Source: an uncultured Candidatus Bathyarchaeia archaeon
Lineage (GTDB): Archaea > Thermoproteota > Bathyarchaeia > Bathyarchaeales > DTEX01
Direction: 5' to 3'
Length of the DNA stretch: 64,000 bases
NCBI GenBank assembly: GCA_964465575.1
Contig: CAYXIF010000001.1
Span: 15,140-79,139, forward strand
Positions 46,956 through 56,692 of the stretch are shown in pieces. Position 1 is the stretch's first letter. Each line of letters begins with the position of its first letter. The notes beneath the pieces were generated by a model. The model saw nothing but the letters and a program-made list of their open reading frames with translations. It made no database searches and was not told the DNA's origin. The translations under genes were made by a program, and so were the position numbers.

Positions 46956-47978
46956 GTGGACGCGCACATGATCCTACTAGCTTGCGGACTTGGACTGTCT
47001 TTCTACATGGCTTGGAACCTTGGAGCGAACGACGCCGCAACGCCAACCGACTGCGCCGTTGGGTCAGGGGCCATCTCTACAAGGCAAGCCGTGGTTCTCT
47101 TTGCCTTTTTCTCTGCACTTGGAGCATTGGCCCAAGGTTTCATGAGCATCAAAACCATAGGCACGGGCATAGTGCCTGACATTGATGCTTTGGGGGCGCT
47201 CACGATAACGCTTTCGTCATGTTTGTGGGTTACCTTCTGCACATGGAAGGGCCTCGAGATCTCGAACACATACTCCGTAATCGGAAGCGTCATTGGCTAT
47301 GGGCTGATCGTCTACGGCCCCATGCAAACGATGAGCGACATTCTCGTGAAGCTTGTTGTCTCATGGATTGCGTCGCCTGTCTTGGCCATGCTTTTGTCAT
47401 CAGTCATATATCTTCTTCTGAGAAAGGCCTTTCGGAATGTCCTGAACAATGAACGATTTAATAAAGCCCTGTCGCTCTTGCTGATTGGAGCTCTCTGCTT
47501 TTCCGCGTACTCGTTTGGTGCAAACGATGTTGGAAATGCTACCGGTGTCTACTTGACTGTCGCGCAGGAACTGGGAAGCGTCGCAACCTTCACTGCCATG
47601 ATTGCATTAGCCGCCTTCGGGTCTGTAGGGATCGCCTTGGGCGGACTGACTTGGGGGCACAGGGTCATAGAGACTGTTGCCTACAAGATCATCCGTCTGG
47701 ACTTATGCTCGGGATTCGCCGCGGAACTCTCAAACGCATTAGTAGTGTATCTTTTTGTGACCTTACCCTACGTCTATCTTGGCTTCGGCCTTCCCATCTC
47801 CACCTCTATAGCAAGCGTGGGAGCCATAATAGGCGTCGGCTTGGCGAGGAACCGCAGAGCCATCAACAAGACGATCATAGCCCGGCTGATCTTGACCTGG
47901 GGTTTAACGGTGCCCTCCACGGCGATCATGAGCATGATTCTGTACAAGGTAGCCTCCTTACTTGCTTTCGGCTATTGA
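46956..47978 (+). CDS. Inorganic phosphate transporter, PiT (PHO4) family
   Basis: 340 aa, polytopic, with the duplicated signature GANDAATP... and GANDVGNATG. The start is GTG 46956 or ATG 46968. Confidence 0.9.
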   Translation: MDAHMILLACGLGLSFYMAWNLGANDAATPTDCAVGSGAISTRQAVVLFAFFSALGALAQGFMSIKTIGTGIVPDIDALGALTITLSSCLWVTFCTWKGLEISNTYSVIGSVIGYGLIVYGPMQTMSDILVKLVVSWIASPVLAMLLSSVIYLLLRKAFRNVLNNERFNKALSLLLIGALCFSAYSFGANDVGNATGVYLTVAQELGSVATFTAMIALAAFGSVGIALGGLTWGHRVIETVAYKIIRLDLCSGFAAELSNALVVYLFVTLPYVYLGFGLPISTSIASVGAIIGVGLARNRRAINKTIIARLILTWGLTVPSTAIMSMILYKVASLLAFGY

Positions 47979-48140
47979 GGCGATGTGACTCCGCCTCGTA
48001 CGCCCAAGGAGAGAGAGGGTTCCTTTGCACGCGACCTAGTCTCTGATAGCTCTTTGACTTTGGGCCTTTGGCGCAACCTTTAAATAATGAACATCTTTCT
48101 GCATACTTGGTCTTAGAAGAACGGTAGAAGGTCAACCTGA

Positions 48141-48629
48141 ATGTCCTCAGAGTTCAGGCACATCGTACGGCTGATGGGCAAAGACTTGGACGGCACAAGG
48201 AATATAGTGTACGCCCTAACTCAGGTCAGCGGAATCAGCATCAGACTTGCAGACGCAATCGTGAAGAAAGCCGAGATACCCCTAGAGAAACGCCTAGGCC
48301 TCCTCTCAGATGTCGAAGTCAGAAGGATAGAGGACGTAATCAGAAACATTGAGAACTACGACTTGCCGCCATGGCTCCTTAACCGCCGGAAGGACCTTGG
48401 AACAGGAAAGGACATTCACCTGACAACCTCGGACTTGGACCTGCAGACCAAAAACGACATCGAAGAGATGAAGACTATGAGGTCATGGAGAGGATATCGC
48501 CACTCATACGGGCTTAGGGTTAGAGGGCAGAAAACGAGAACAACCGGTAGAAAAGGAAAGGCAATAGGTGTGAAGAAGAAGGCGGCAGCGCTAGCTATAA
48601 CAGGGGGAGGAACCGGTGGGGGATCCTAG
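48141..48629 (+). CDS. rps13: 30S ribosomal protein S13 (uS13)
   Basis: 162 aa containing FRHIVRLMGKDLDG and WRGYRHSYGLRVRGQKTRTTGRKG. Confidence 0.93.
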   Translation: MSSEFRHIVRLMGKDLDGTRNIVYALTQVSGISIRLADAIVKKAEIPLEKRLGLLSDVEVRRIEDVIRNIENYDLPPWLLNRRKDLGTGKDIHLTTSDLDLQTKNDIEEMKTMRSWRGYRHSYGLRVRGQKTRTTGRKGKAIGVKKKAAALAITGGGTGGGS

Positions 48630-49164
48630 AAAACAGAAAAAGAAATACGAATCTCCAAGATTCCCTTGGAGATCGGACGTTATGGAAAGCGAACTCAAGC
48701 TGCTTGGCGACTACGGCCTTAGGAACAAGCGGGAGCTTTGGCGCCATAGGTCGATGCTTTCGAAATTCCGTGGCATGGCTAGATCCCTTTTGAGCATGTC
48801 AGAATCTGAAAGAGTGGAACCTGAATCTCAGCTCCTTGGCAGGCTGAAGCACCTCGGCATTTTGCCCGAAGGCTCTGTTCTGGACAATGTTTTGGATTTG
48901 GCGATGGAATCGATCCTCGAAAGGAGACTTCAGACTCTCGTTCTCAGAAGAGGTCTGGCAAAGACGCCCTATCAAGCTCGTCAGCTTATCACACATGGAC
49001 ATGTTGCCATTGGAGGCAAGAAGGTCTTCTCTCCCAGTTACCTTGTCCTGAAAGAAGAAGAAGACAACATAGCCTTCGCGCCAACTAGTCCGCTGAATAG
49101 TATGGAGCACCCACTGCGGCAATCGATAGACGTCAGCGTTGGTGGAGGAAGCAGAAGTGAGTAA
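48616..49164 (+). CDS. rps4: 30S ribosomal protein S4 (uS4)
   Basis: 182 aa with [17 protein letters not shown] at the N-terminus and an S4 RNA-binding domain ([28 protein letters not shown]). Confidence 0.93.
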   Translation: MGDPRKQKKKYESPRFPWRSDVMESELKLLGDYGLRNKRELWRHRSMLSKFRGMARSLLSMSESERVEPESQLLGRLKHLGILPEGSVLDNVLDLAMESILERRLQTLVLRRGLAKTPYQARQLITHGHVAIGGKKVFSPSYLVLKEEEDNIAFAPTSPLNSMEHPLRQSIDVSVGGGSRSE

Positions 49165-49555
49165 GAAAGATGAGAGATGGGGAGTTGTCCATATTTACAG
49201 CTCATACAACAACACAATTGTGCACATAACAGACCTTTCAGGAGCCGAAACCATCTCGAAGGGCTGCGGAGGAATGTTTGTAAAGGCAGATAGGCTGGAA
49301 TCTTCACCATACGCTGCCATGAGAGCAGCGGCACATGCCGCCAGTGTGGCAAGAGAGAAAGGGATAACTGCCATACACATCAAAGTTCGAGCGCCAGGTG
49401 GCTCTGGCGCAAGAACCCCAGGTCAAGGCGCACAGGCAGCCATCAGAGCTCTGGCACGAGCTGGTTTCAGGGCCATTGGCCGAATAGAAGAAGCCACTCC
49501 TTTGCCTCATGACGGCACCAGACGAAAGGGCGGACGAAGAGGGCGAAGAGTTTAG
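49139..49555 (+). CDS. rps11: 30S ribosomal protein S11 (uS11)
   Basis: 138 aa containing [22 protein letters not shown] and [15 protein letters not shown]. Confidence 0.93.
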   Translation: MVEEAEVSKKDERWGVVHIYSSYNNTIVHITDLSGAETISKGCGGMFVKADRLESSPYAAMRAAAHAASVAREKGITAIHIKVRAPGGSGARTPGQGAQAAIRALARAGFRAIGRIEEATPLPHDGTRRKGGRRGRRV

Positions 49556-49696
49556 AATCTCTCGCTTGCGAGACGAAAGTGACTGCGTCTTGAGAGTGCA
49601 AGCGGGGAGAAAGGTTGAAATATGGCTCGTCATTCCTTAAGAGAGAAACGAGATCTGGATGAACCTCGATCCTCGTGACGAACGAGGATGTGACTA

Positions 49697-50530
49697 ATGA
49701 ACCTCCGCATCCTTGAGAAAGACACTGATTCAGTACGTTTCGTAGCAGAAGGCATCGACACGCCACTAGCCAATACCCTTCGCAGGATAATGCTTGCTGA
49801 AGTTCCCTCCATGGCGGTCGACGACGTTATGGTTATAGAAAATTCATCTGTCCTCCATGACGAAATTCTCGCCTTAAGACTAGGTCTGATCCCGCTCAGG
49901 ACGAATCTTGATGCCTATAACCTTCCGGAGGAGTGCACCTGCAAGAGCGAACTAGGGTGCCACTTATGCCGTACAGTTCTTACTCTGGACACGCAAGCTG
50001 AGAACGAGGTCAGAACGGTCTACTCAAGAGACTTAGTACTGGAGGACCCGAACGTATCACCAGTCAGCGACAAGATTCCAATCGTGAAACTCGCACCCGG
50101 CCAAAGGGTGAGGTTAGAGGCTTATGCAAGGCTTGGCAAGGGAAATGCTCATGCGAAATGGCAGCCGGTCTCCGCTTGCACCTACCGGTGCATGCCAGCA
50201 ATCCACCTAGACTCTGCTAGCTGCGATGCATGCGGCGCCTGTGCTGACGTTTGCCCAAGACGAGTTCTGCAGAAAGACGACAACAAGGTCAAAGTGGCCA
50301 GACTCGTCGAGTGTATCCTCTGCAACGACTGTGTCGCGGCATGCCCCAAGGAACCGCCAGCTATCAATGTCGCCCCGAAGCGTGATTCCTTCATATTCTA
50401 CGCGGAATCCACTGGCTGCCTTCCAGTCGAACGTGTCATATCCGAAGCCCTAAGGATCTATGAAAGCAAGTACTCAGAGTTCTTGAAGCAGCTTGCAGGA
50501 ACCCAGAATGAGCCCCAAGAAGCAGTCTAG
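49697..50530 (+). CDS. rpoD: DNA-directed RNA polymerase subunit D (Rpo3) with a ferredoxin-like Fe-S domain
   Basis: 277 aa containing ANTLRRIMLAEVPSMAVD and the inserted cysteine motifs CDACGACADVCP and CILCNDCVAACP. Confidence 0.92.
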   Translation: MNLRILEKDTDSVRFVAEGIDTPLANTLRRIMLAEVPSMAVDDVMVIENSSVLHDEILALRLGLIPLRTNLDAYNLPEECTCKSELGCHLCRTVLTLDTQAENEVRTVYSRDLVLEDPNVSPVSDKIPIVKLAPGQRVRLEAYARLGKGNAHAKWQPVSACTYRCMPAIHLDSASCDACGACADVCPRRVLQKDDNKVKVARLVECILCNDCVAACPKEPPAINVAPKRDSFIFYAESTGCLPVERVISEALRIYESKYSEFLKQLAGTQNEPQEAV

Positions 50531-50879
50531 AAGCACTAACCCAAGTCTCAATAGCCTAATCCGCCTTCTGCAGAAGAGGGCCAAAGAGGACGACGCTGCC
50601 ATCTGGAAGACTACTGCTGAGTTGCTGTCCAAACCCAAGAGAAAGCGGCTTACAATAAACCTGAGCAAGATAAACCGCCACACAAAAGAGAATGATGAGG
50701 TTGTTGTTCCAGGAAAAGTCTTGGGTGCCGGTCTCATTGACCATCCTGTGAAGGTAGCGGCGCTTGATTTTTCCGACCAGGCAAGGTCGAAGATTGCCAC
50801 TGCAAAGGGGACATGCCTGTCTATAGCGGAGCTCGCAAAGAGCAACCCTAAAGCGTTTAAAGTCAAGATGATTGGGTGA
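50493..50879 (+). CDS. rpl18e: 50S ribosomal protein L18e
   Basis: STNPSLNSLIRLLQKRAKE...VVVPGKVLGAG matches L18e. The true start is probably ATG 50508 (MSPKKQS). Confidence 0.9.
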   Translation: MQEPRMSPKKQSRSTNPSLNSLIRLLQKRAKEDDAAIWKTTAELLSKPKRKRLTINLSKINRHTKENDEVVVPGKVLGAGLIDHPVKVAALDFSDQARSKIATAKGTCLSIAELAKSNPKAFKVKMIG

Positions 50880-51331
50880 GTTCGATGAGCGAAGCGAAAG
50901 GCACTAGGACTGCAATGATTGATGCAAAGGGCTTAGTACTCGGCAGGATGGCGAGCATAGTAGCCAAGAGACTTCTTGCTGGCGAAAGAATAGTCATTGT
51001 CAACGCCGACGAAGCCGTCATCTCTGGGAAAAGGCAAAGCATCCTCAAAGAATACGAAGATTACCTGCAGATCGGCCACTTTAGAAAAGGACCCTTGCAC
51101 CCTAGGAGACCTGACATGATTGTAAGGAAAGTTGTTAGAGGCATGCTTCCACGAAGTAGGCCTAAAGGAAAAGAAGCCTTAAAAAGGCTAAGAGTCTATG
51201 TAGGCATCCCCCAAGAGTTCAGGGGGACGGAGAAAGAAACGATTCCCAAAGCGGATATAAGCAATCTTAGGGGTTCTTTCATAAGAGTCTCGGAACTGGC
51301 GCGCAATGTCGGATGGAAGGAAGGTGCATAA
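50876..51331 (+). CDS. rpl13: 50S ribosomal protein L13 (uL13)
   Basis: 151 aa containing IDAKGLVLGRMASIVAKRLL and MLPRSRPKGKEALKRLRVY. Confidence 0.93.
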   Translation: MSSMSEAKGTRTAMIDAKGLVLGRMASIVAKRLLAGERIVIVNADEAVISGKRQSILKEYEDYLQIGHFRKGPLHPRRPDMIVRKVVRGMLPRSRPKGKEALKRLRVYVGIPQEFRGTEKETIPKADISNLRGSFIRVSELARNVGWKEGA

Positions 51332-51746
51332 TGTGACCGGGTCAAGAAAAGTAGTTGTCGTAGGCGGTAAACGCAAAACTGCTATGGCCAGAGCTACTCT
51401 CAGGCAAGGAACGGGAAGAGTATGGGTGAACAACGTGCCTCTCGATGTTTATGAGCCTGCTATCGCCCGCGAGAAGATCCGTGAGCCACTTTTGGAGGCT
51501 GGCGACGACATCTGGAAGCAGGTGGACGTGAGCATAAGGGTCAGGGGCGGTGGGTTTATGGGGCAAGCTGAAGCAAGCAGGATGGCAGTGGCTAAAGCCC
51601 TATTGAGATGGACGAAGAGCGCCCATCTGAAGACTGAGTTACTGAAGTACGACAGGACGATGATAGCAGGGGACCCCAGACGCAAGGAACCAAGAAAGTT
51701 CGGGGGACCGGGAGCGAGGGCTAGGGACCAGAAAAGCTACAGATAG
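51306..51746 (+). CDS. rps9: 30S ribosomal protein S9 (uS9)
   Basis: 146 aa containing [24 protein letters not shown] and [19 protein letters not shown]. Confidence 0.93.
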   Translation: MSDGRKVHNVTGSRKVVVVGGKRKTAMARATLRQGTGRVWVNNVPLDVYEPAIAREKIREPLLEAGDDIWKQVDVSIRVRGGGFMGQAEASRMAVAKALLRWTKSAHLKTELLKYDRTMIAGDPRRKEPRKFGGPGARARDQKSYR

Positions 51747-51759
51747 GCTGGAGACGATC

Positions 51760-51987
51760 ATGATTATACCAGTTAGGTGTTTTACTTGCGGAAAGCTGAT
51801 CGGAGACAAGTGGGAGGAGTTTGCCAGAAGAGTGAAGGAGGGAGGAGTCGCAGGAAAGGTCTTGGACGATCTGGACATAACCCGTTACTGTTGCCGACGC
51901 ATGCTCTTGTCCCATGTGGAAATTATTGATGAAATCATCAAGTTCTATGAGAGAGGCAACGTAAAGAACAAGGAGGCACGAGCTTAG
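51760..51987 (+). CDS. rpoN: DNA-directed RNA polymerase subunit N (Rpo10)
   Basis: 75 aa beginning [12 protein letters not shown] and containing [11 protein letters not shown]. Confidence 0.92.
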   Translation: MIIPVRCFTCGKLIGDKWEEFARRVKEGGVAGKVLDDLDITRYCCRRMLLSHVEIIDEIIKFYERGNVKNKEARA

Positions 51988-51988
51988 G

Positions 51989-53239
51989 ATGTCTGCGTTG
52001 ATCGAAGAAGTAGCAGCTCGAAAAATCCTAGATAGCCGGGGAGAACCAACGATCGAAGTTGATGTAACGACTGTCGATGGATTCGGAAGTGCCTCAGCAC
52101 CGAGCGGAGCAAGCACAGGGAAAGCCGAAGCCATTGCCTTTCCAGAGGGTGGGGTCGACGAAGCCGTGAAGAAAGTAGAAGAACTGATCGCCCCCGAGGT
52201 CATCGGACTTTACGCTGATGAACAAGAAGAGATAGACACCATACTCCACGAGCTCGATGGAACAGATAGTTTCCGGAACATAGGTGGCAACACCGCCTAC
52301 GCCGTGTCGCTCGCAGTGGCTGACGCGGCTGCAGATTCATACGGTTTGCCTCTGTTCCAGTATCTGGGCGGCTCCTTAGCTTCTGTCCTTCCCACTCCTT
52401 TAGGGAACGTTGTTGGTGGTGGCAAACATGCTACTGGCAAGGCAACTGACATCCAAGAGTTCCTGGTCCTCCCGCTAGGCGCGACATCTTTCCTAGCCGC
52501 TGTCGAAGCGAATGCGGCGATACACAGGAGACTGAAGGCTCTTCTGAGGGAAGTCGACGCAACATTTACGGGTGGAAGGGGCGACGAGGGTGCTTGGGCG
52601 CCGAATGTCTCCAACGATCAAGCTCTCGAGGCAGTCACCAAAGCGTGCAAGCAAGTTTCAGAGGAGCTAGGGCTCAGGTGCAAAGCTGGTCTCGATCTGG
52701 CTGCTTCTTCTCTATGGGATCCAGAAAAGAAGAGCTACGTCTACGCAAGAGACGGCCTAAGCCGAGACAAAGGTGAACAGATAGACTACATTCTAGACCT
52801 GATTGAAAAGTATAGGCTTGCTTATGTAGAAGACCCGTTCCACGAAGACGATTTCACCTCCTTCAAGGAGCTCACATCCAAGTCCCGAGGCTGCTTGATC
52901 TGCGGAGACGACCTTTTCGCCACCAACGTCAAACGGCTACGACAAGGAATAAAGAGCCACGCTGGCAATGCAATCATCATCAAGATGAACCAAGTCGGAA
53001 CTCTTACAGATACTTGGGAGACCACCCGGCTAGCGAAGGAGAACGGCTACATTCCCGTCGTCTCCCACAGATCGGGAGAAACATCAGCATTTCATATAGC
53101 CCACCTAGCAGTGGCATTTGATGTACCCATCATAAAGGCAGGCGTTGTGGGCGGCGAGAGAATAACCAAGCTAAACGAGCTCATCCGAATCGAAGAGAGT
53201 CTCGGCGACAAGGCTCGAATGGCAAAACTGGGGATCTGA
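51989..53239 (+). CDS. eno: Enolase (phosphopyruvate hydratase)
   Basis: 416 aa containing ILDSRGEPTIEVDV, SGASTG, IKMNQVGTLT and SHRSGET. Confidence 0.93.
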   Translation: MSALIEEVAARKILDSRGEPTIEVDVTTVDGFGSASAPSGASTGKAEAIAFPEGGVDEAVKKVEELIAPEVIGLYADEQEEIDTILHELDGTDSFRNIGGNTAYAVSLAVADAAADSYGLPLFQYLGGSLASVLPTPLGNVVGGGKHATGKATDIQEFLVLPLGATSFLAAVEANAAIHRRLKALLREVDATFTGGRGDEGAWAPNVSNDQALEAVTKACKQVSEELGLRCKAGLDLAASSLWDPEKKSYVYARDGLSRDKGEQIDYILDLIEKYRLAYVEDPFHEDDFTSFKELTSKSRGCLICGDDLFATNVKRLRQGIKSHAGNAIIIKMNQVGTLTDTWETTRLAKENGYIPVVSHRSGETSAFHIAHLAVAFDVPIIKAGVVGGERITKLNELIRIEESLGDKARMAKLGI

Positions 53240-53251
53240 GGATGAAAAGCG

Positions 53252-53938
53252 ATGTCTAATGCAGAGAAGCAAGCAGAAGAGGTCAAGGAGACTAAAGAGG
53301 CGGCCAGCGCCGCAATCGAAGGCTTGCTACTAGCTCAGGATGTTCTTCTTTCAGCAGGCATTCACATCGGCACAAAAATAAAGACGAAAGACATGGAGCC
53401 CTTCATTTACAGGGTCAGAGGCGACGGCCTCTATGTCCTAGACCTCAAGAAGACTGATGAGCGCATAAGAACCACAGCTAAGTTCCTAGCGCGCTTTGAA
53501 CCATCCAAAATCGCGGTTGTAGCGGTCAGGCTGTACGCTCGTGAGCCTGTCGCAAAGTTTTGTGAGACTATCCGAGCAACCTCCATAACGGGTCGCTTCA
53601 TTCCCGGGATGCTTTTGAACCCGCTTTACCCAAACCGTATCGAGCCCGATGTCATTCTTGTCTCTGATCCAAAGGCAGATTTCCAAGCTGTGAAGGAAGC
53701 CTCAAGCCTCGGAATCCCAGTTGTGGCGCTCTGTAGCACGGATAACGATTTCAGCTTCGCTGACTTGGCTATTCCTACAAACAATAAGGGCAGAAGAGCT
53801 CTAGCTGTGATATACTGGCTTCTCGCAAGGCAAGTCATGCGTGAAAGGGGTGAGGTGCCCCCCGACGGTGATCTATCCGTCTCAATCGAGGACTTCGAAG
53901 TGAAGCTCGCCGAGAAGACCCCGCAACAAGCAGGTTAA
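53252..53938 (+). CDS. rps2: 30S ribosomal protein S2 (uS2)
   Basis: 228 aa containing LLSAGIHIGT, DGLYVLDLKKT and VVALCSTDNDFSFADLAIPTNNKGRRAL. Confidence 0.93.
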   Translation: MSNAEKQAEEVKETKEAASAAIEGLLLAQDVLLSAGIHIGTKIKTKDMEPFIYRVRGDGLYVLDLKKTDERIRTTAKFLARFEPSKIAVVAVRLYAREPVAKFCETIRATSITGRFIPGMLLNPLYPNRIEPDVILVSDPKADFQAVKEASSLGIPVVALCSTDNDFSFADLAIPTNNKGRRALAVIYWLLARQVMRERGEVPPDGDLSVSIEDFEVKLAEKTPQQAG

Positions 53939-54075
53939 GGCAGAAGGTAGCCTAGACAAAACGCCTAGGCGTTGAAGTGTTTTATATCCTCGATCTGACA
54001 GTATATCTAGCTCAAGGCATATTTGGCATCGCAGAGGGAGGATTAGAGCTGTCAGGTAGGGTTAGGGCTCCGAAA

Positions 54076-54903
54076 ATGGCAGGAAGTTTCTACGAAGGTT
54101 CAACCGAATCCCTGAGGCGACAGATCGATGAATGCTTCTTGCACAGGTACGGACCCCGAGAGCTGCCTGAGGTGAACGAAAAGGGAGCGCGAAAAATAGT
54201 TGGGCTGATCTGTCCTCACGCAGGTTACATGTATTCTGGTCCAGTTGCAGCGAATGCTTATCACCGTCTTGCGTTGGACGGCTCACCAAGTCTTTTCGTG
54301 ATCATGGGTCCAAACCACCATGGTATCGGAAGCGGCGTAGCTGTTATGGATAGTGGTGTTTGGCGGACGCCGCTTGGAAACATTGAGATAGACACGCAGA
54401 CGGCAAGGGAGATCGTGCGGCAGTCCAGTATAGTCGACATAGATGACTCGGCCCATGCCTATGAGCATTCGATCGAGGTCCAGCTACCGTTCCTGCAGTA
54501 CGTCTACGGCTCGACTTTCAAGTTTGTTCCCCTCTGCTTCTTGATGCAGGACCTTGAGACCTCTGAAGAGGTTGGGCATACATTGGCCGAGGTTCTGGGA
54601 GATAGGAACGCTGTGATAGTCGCCTCCACGGACATGACCCACTATGAACCCCACAACAAAGCAGTGGAGAAAGACAGAAAAGCACTCGAAGCTATCACCA
54701 AGCTTGACGAGGAACAGTTCTACTCCGCTCTGGACTCATACAGCATTTCGGCATGCGGGTATGGTCCCGTGATGGCACTCTTGAAGGCGGCGAAGAATCT
54801 CAAGGCCCAAAAGGCTGAGCTACTGACCTATAGGACGAGTGGGGAAATAACGGGCGACACATCAGCTGTTGTCGGCTACGCCGCTCTCGTCATCGAAAAG
54901 TGA
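54076..54903 (+). CDS. MEMO1-family / AmmeMemoRadiSam system protein B homologue
   Basis: MAGSFYEGS...CPHAGYMYSGPVAANAY...HSIEVQLPFLQ...STDMTHY. I start at ATG 54076 because the track start 53977 adds 33 non-homologous residues. Confidence 0.85.
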   Translation: MAGSFYEGSTESLRRQIDECFLHRYGPRELPEVNEKGARKIVGLICPHAGYMYSGPVAANAYHRLALDGSPSLFVIMGPNHHGIGSGVAVMDSGVWRTPLGNIEIDTQTAREIVRQSSIVDIDDSAHAYEHSIEVQLPFLQYVYGSTFKFVPLCFLMQDLETSEEVGHTLAEVLGDRNAVIVASTDMTHYEPHNKAVEKDRKALEAITKLDEEQFYSALDSYSISACGYGPVMALLKAAKNLKAQKAELLTYRTSGEITGDTSAVVGYAALVIEK

Positions 54904-54924
54904 GACAGTCTGGAGAACACATGG

Positions 54925-55908
54925 TTGAGGACTAGAGCCAGAGCCTCAGCTCCCGGCAAAATTATTCTCTTAGGTGAACACTTCGTAGTACATGGAGAGC
55001 CAGCCATAGTCTTAGCCATAGACAAACGTGCAGTGGTCACAGCACAGCTCCGAGACGACAGAAGGATATGGGTTTGGTCAGAAACATTGAAGGCCAGTGG
55101 CTATTTTGTGAACGACAGGTTCCACACTCAAAAAGGAGAAGAAAGCACAGAAGAGAGGTTTGAACCTGTCTACGCTGTCGCCAAGAGTGTTCTTGGCATT
55201 TCAGGACGAGATTGCGGCGTCGATGTAGAGATCAATTCATCCATCCCAATCTCAGCCGGTCTGGGCTCCTCTGCGGCGGTCGCTGTGGCTTCTGCAGCCG
55301 CTCTAAATGAGCTCTTGGGCGCAGGTTTGTCGAAAGACGGAGTTTTTCAATTGGCTTTTGATGCTGAGAAGATCGTTCATGGAACTCCGTCAGGCATTGA
55401 CCCAGCCATATCGACCTACGGTGGCGTCCTCCTCTACCGGAGTGGCAAGAACGTCAAGCCCTTGAACATCCAAGTGGATCTGCCATTGGTGATCGGGGAT
55501 ACGATGCAGGAGCGGCCAACGGGCAAGATGGTTGCTCATGTGAATGGGCTTAGAAGACGCTACCCTCTTGTTATCAGTAATATGATGAGAGCTGGCGGAA
55601 AGATCGCCTTGCATAGCATTGAAGCCCTGCAGACCGGAGACCTCGAAATCTTAGGCGAGTTGATGAACATGAACCATGCCCTTCTCTGTGCCGTCGGAGT
55701 CTCCAACGAACGACTTGAGAAACTAGTCCGTGCAGCTAGAGAAGCCGGCGCTTTGGGTGCGAAGCTGACGGGTGCAGGGGGCGGGGGGTGTATGATCGCA
55801 CTGGCGTTTCCCGAAAAGCTTGATGATGTTGCGGATGCGATTAGACGGGCTGGCGGAGAAGCCTTTATCACTAGAAAGACTGCGGAAGGCGTGAGGATTG
55901 AGGAGTGA
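54925..55908 (+). CDS. mvk: Mevalonate kinase
   Basis: 327 aa with a TTG start. Motifs are APGKIILLGEHFVV, the GHMP motif GLGSSAAVAVA, and KLTGAGGGGC. Confidence 0.9.
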   Translation: MRTRARASAPGKIILLGEHFVVHGEPAIVLAIDKRAVVTAQLRDDRRIWVWSETLKASGYFVNDRFHTQKGEESTEERFEPVYAVAKSVLGISGRDCGVDVEINSSIPISAGLGSSAAVAVASAAALNELLGAGLSKDGVFQLAFDAEKIVHGTPSGIDPAISTYGGVLLYRSGKNVKPLNIQVDLPLVIGDTMQERPTGKMVAHVNGLRRRYPLVISNMMRAGGKIALHSIEALQTGDLEILGELMNMNHALLCAVGVSNERLEKLVRAAREAGALGAKLTGAGGGGCMIALAFPEKLDDVADAIRRAGGEAFITRKTAEGVRIEE

Positions 55909-56692
55909 GCTGGTAGTCCTGAAGCTCGGAGGCTCCGTCATCACAGAGAAGAACAAACCTTTGACGCCTAACCTTCAAGCGATTAGAAGGCTGTCTGGCG
56001 AGATAGCTCAGGCGAACGTTACATCGCTAGTGCTTGTTCATGGTGGAGGTAGCTACGGGCACCCTATTGCGAGCGCACACAGGATTTCTTTAGGCTTCAA
56101 AGACAGAACCCAAATCGTTGGCTTCTCAAGGACTCATGAAGCCATGGTCTCACTGAACACGCTGCTGGTGGGGAATTTCTTGGATCAGGGTCTTCCAGCT
56201 CTTGGAATGGCACCCTCGTCCTTCATCGTCACAAAGAATGGGCGGATTCACTTCTTTGCTGACGAACCGTTGAAACAAGCGATCAATACTGGACTCGTCC
56301 CGGTCCTATATGGAGACGCTATGTTAGACGTTGACCAAGGGTTCTCAATTCTTTCAGGAGACCAGATCTCGTCCTTCCTAGCTGTCAGACTTGATGCTGA
56401 CAGGCTCATTATGGGGGTTGATGTGGATGGAGTATTCGATGCAGACCCTAAGAGGGATCCCACCGCCCGTCTGATGCCGCATCTGAAATTGGACAAGCTC
56501 GAGGAAGTGAAGGCCAAGATTCAGGGAACGAGAACTCCTGACGTAACAGGCGGGATGTGGGGGAAGATCCTAGAGCTGAAGACGCCAGTCGCTAAGGGAG
56601 TCCAGACTACGATCTTGAACGCGTTAAAGCCAGGTGTCACCTTGAAGGCTTTGAGAGGAGAGGAAGTAGTTGGGACCAAGATCGAGATATGA
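55898..56692 (+). CDS. ipk: Isopentenyl phosphate kinase
   Basis: 264 aa of the amino-acid-kinase fold (VLKLGGSVITEK, LVHGGGSYGH, ILSGDQ). It is in the conserved position after mvk. Confidence 0.88.
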   Translation: MRSELVVLKLGGSVITEKNKPLTPNLQAIRRLSGEIAQANVTSLVLVHGGGSYGHPIASAHRISLGFKDRTQIVGFSRTHEAMVSLNTLLVGNFLDQGLPALGMAPSSFIVTKNGRIHFFADEPLKQAINTGLVPVLYGDAMLDVDQGFSILSGDQISSFLAVRLDADRLIMGVDVDGVFDADPKRDPTARLMPHLKLDKLEEVKAKIQGTRTPDVTGGMWGKILELKTPVAKGVQTTILNALKPGVTLKALRGEEVVGTKIEI

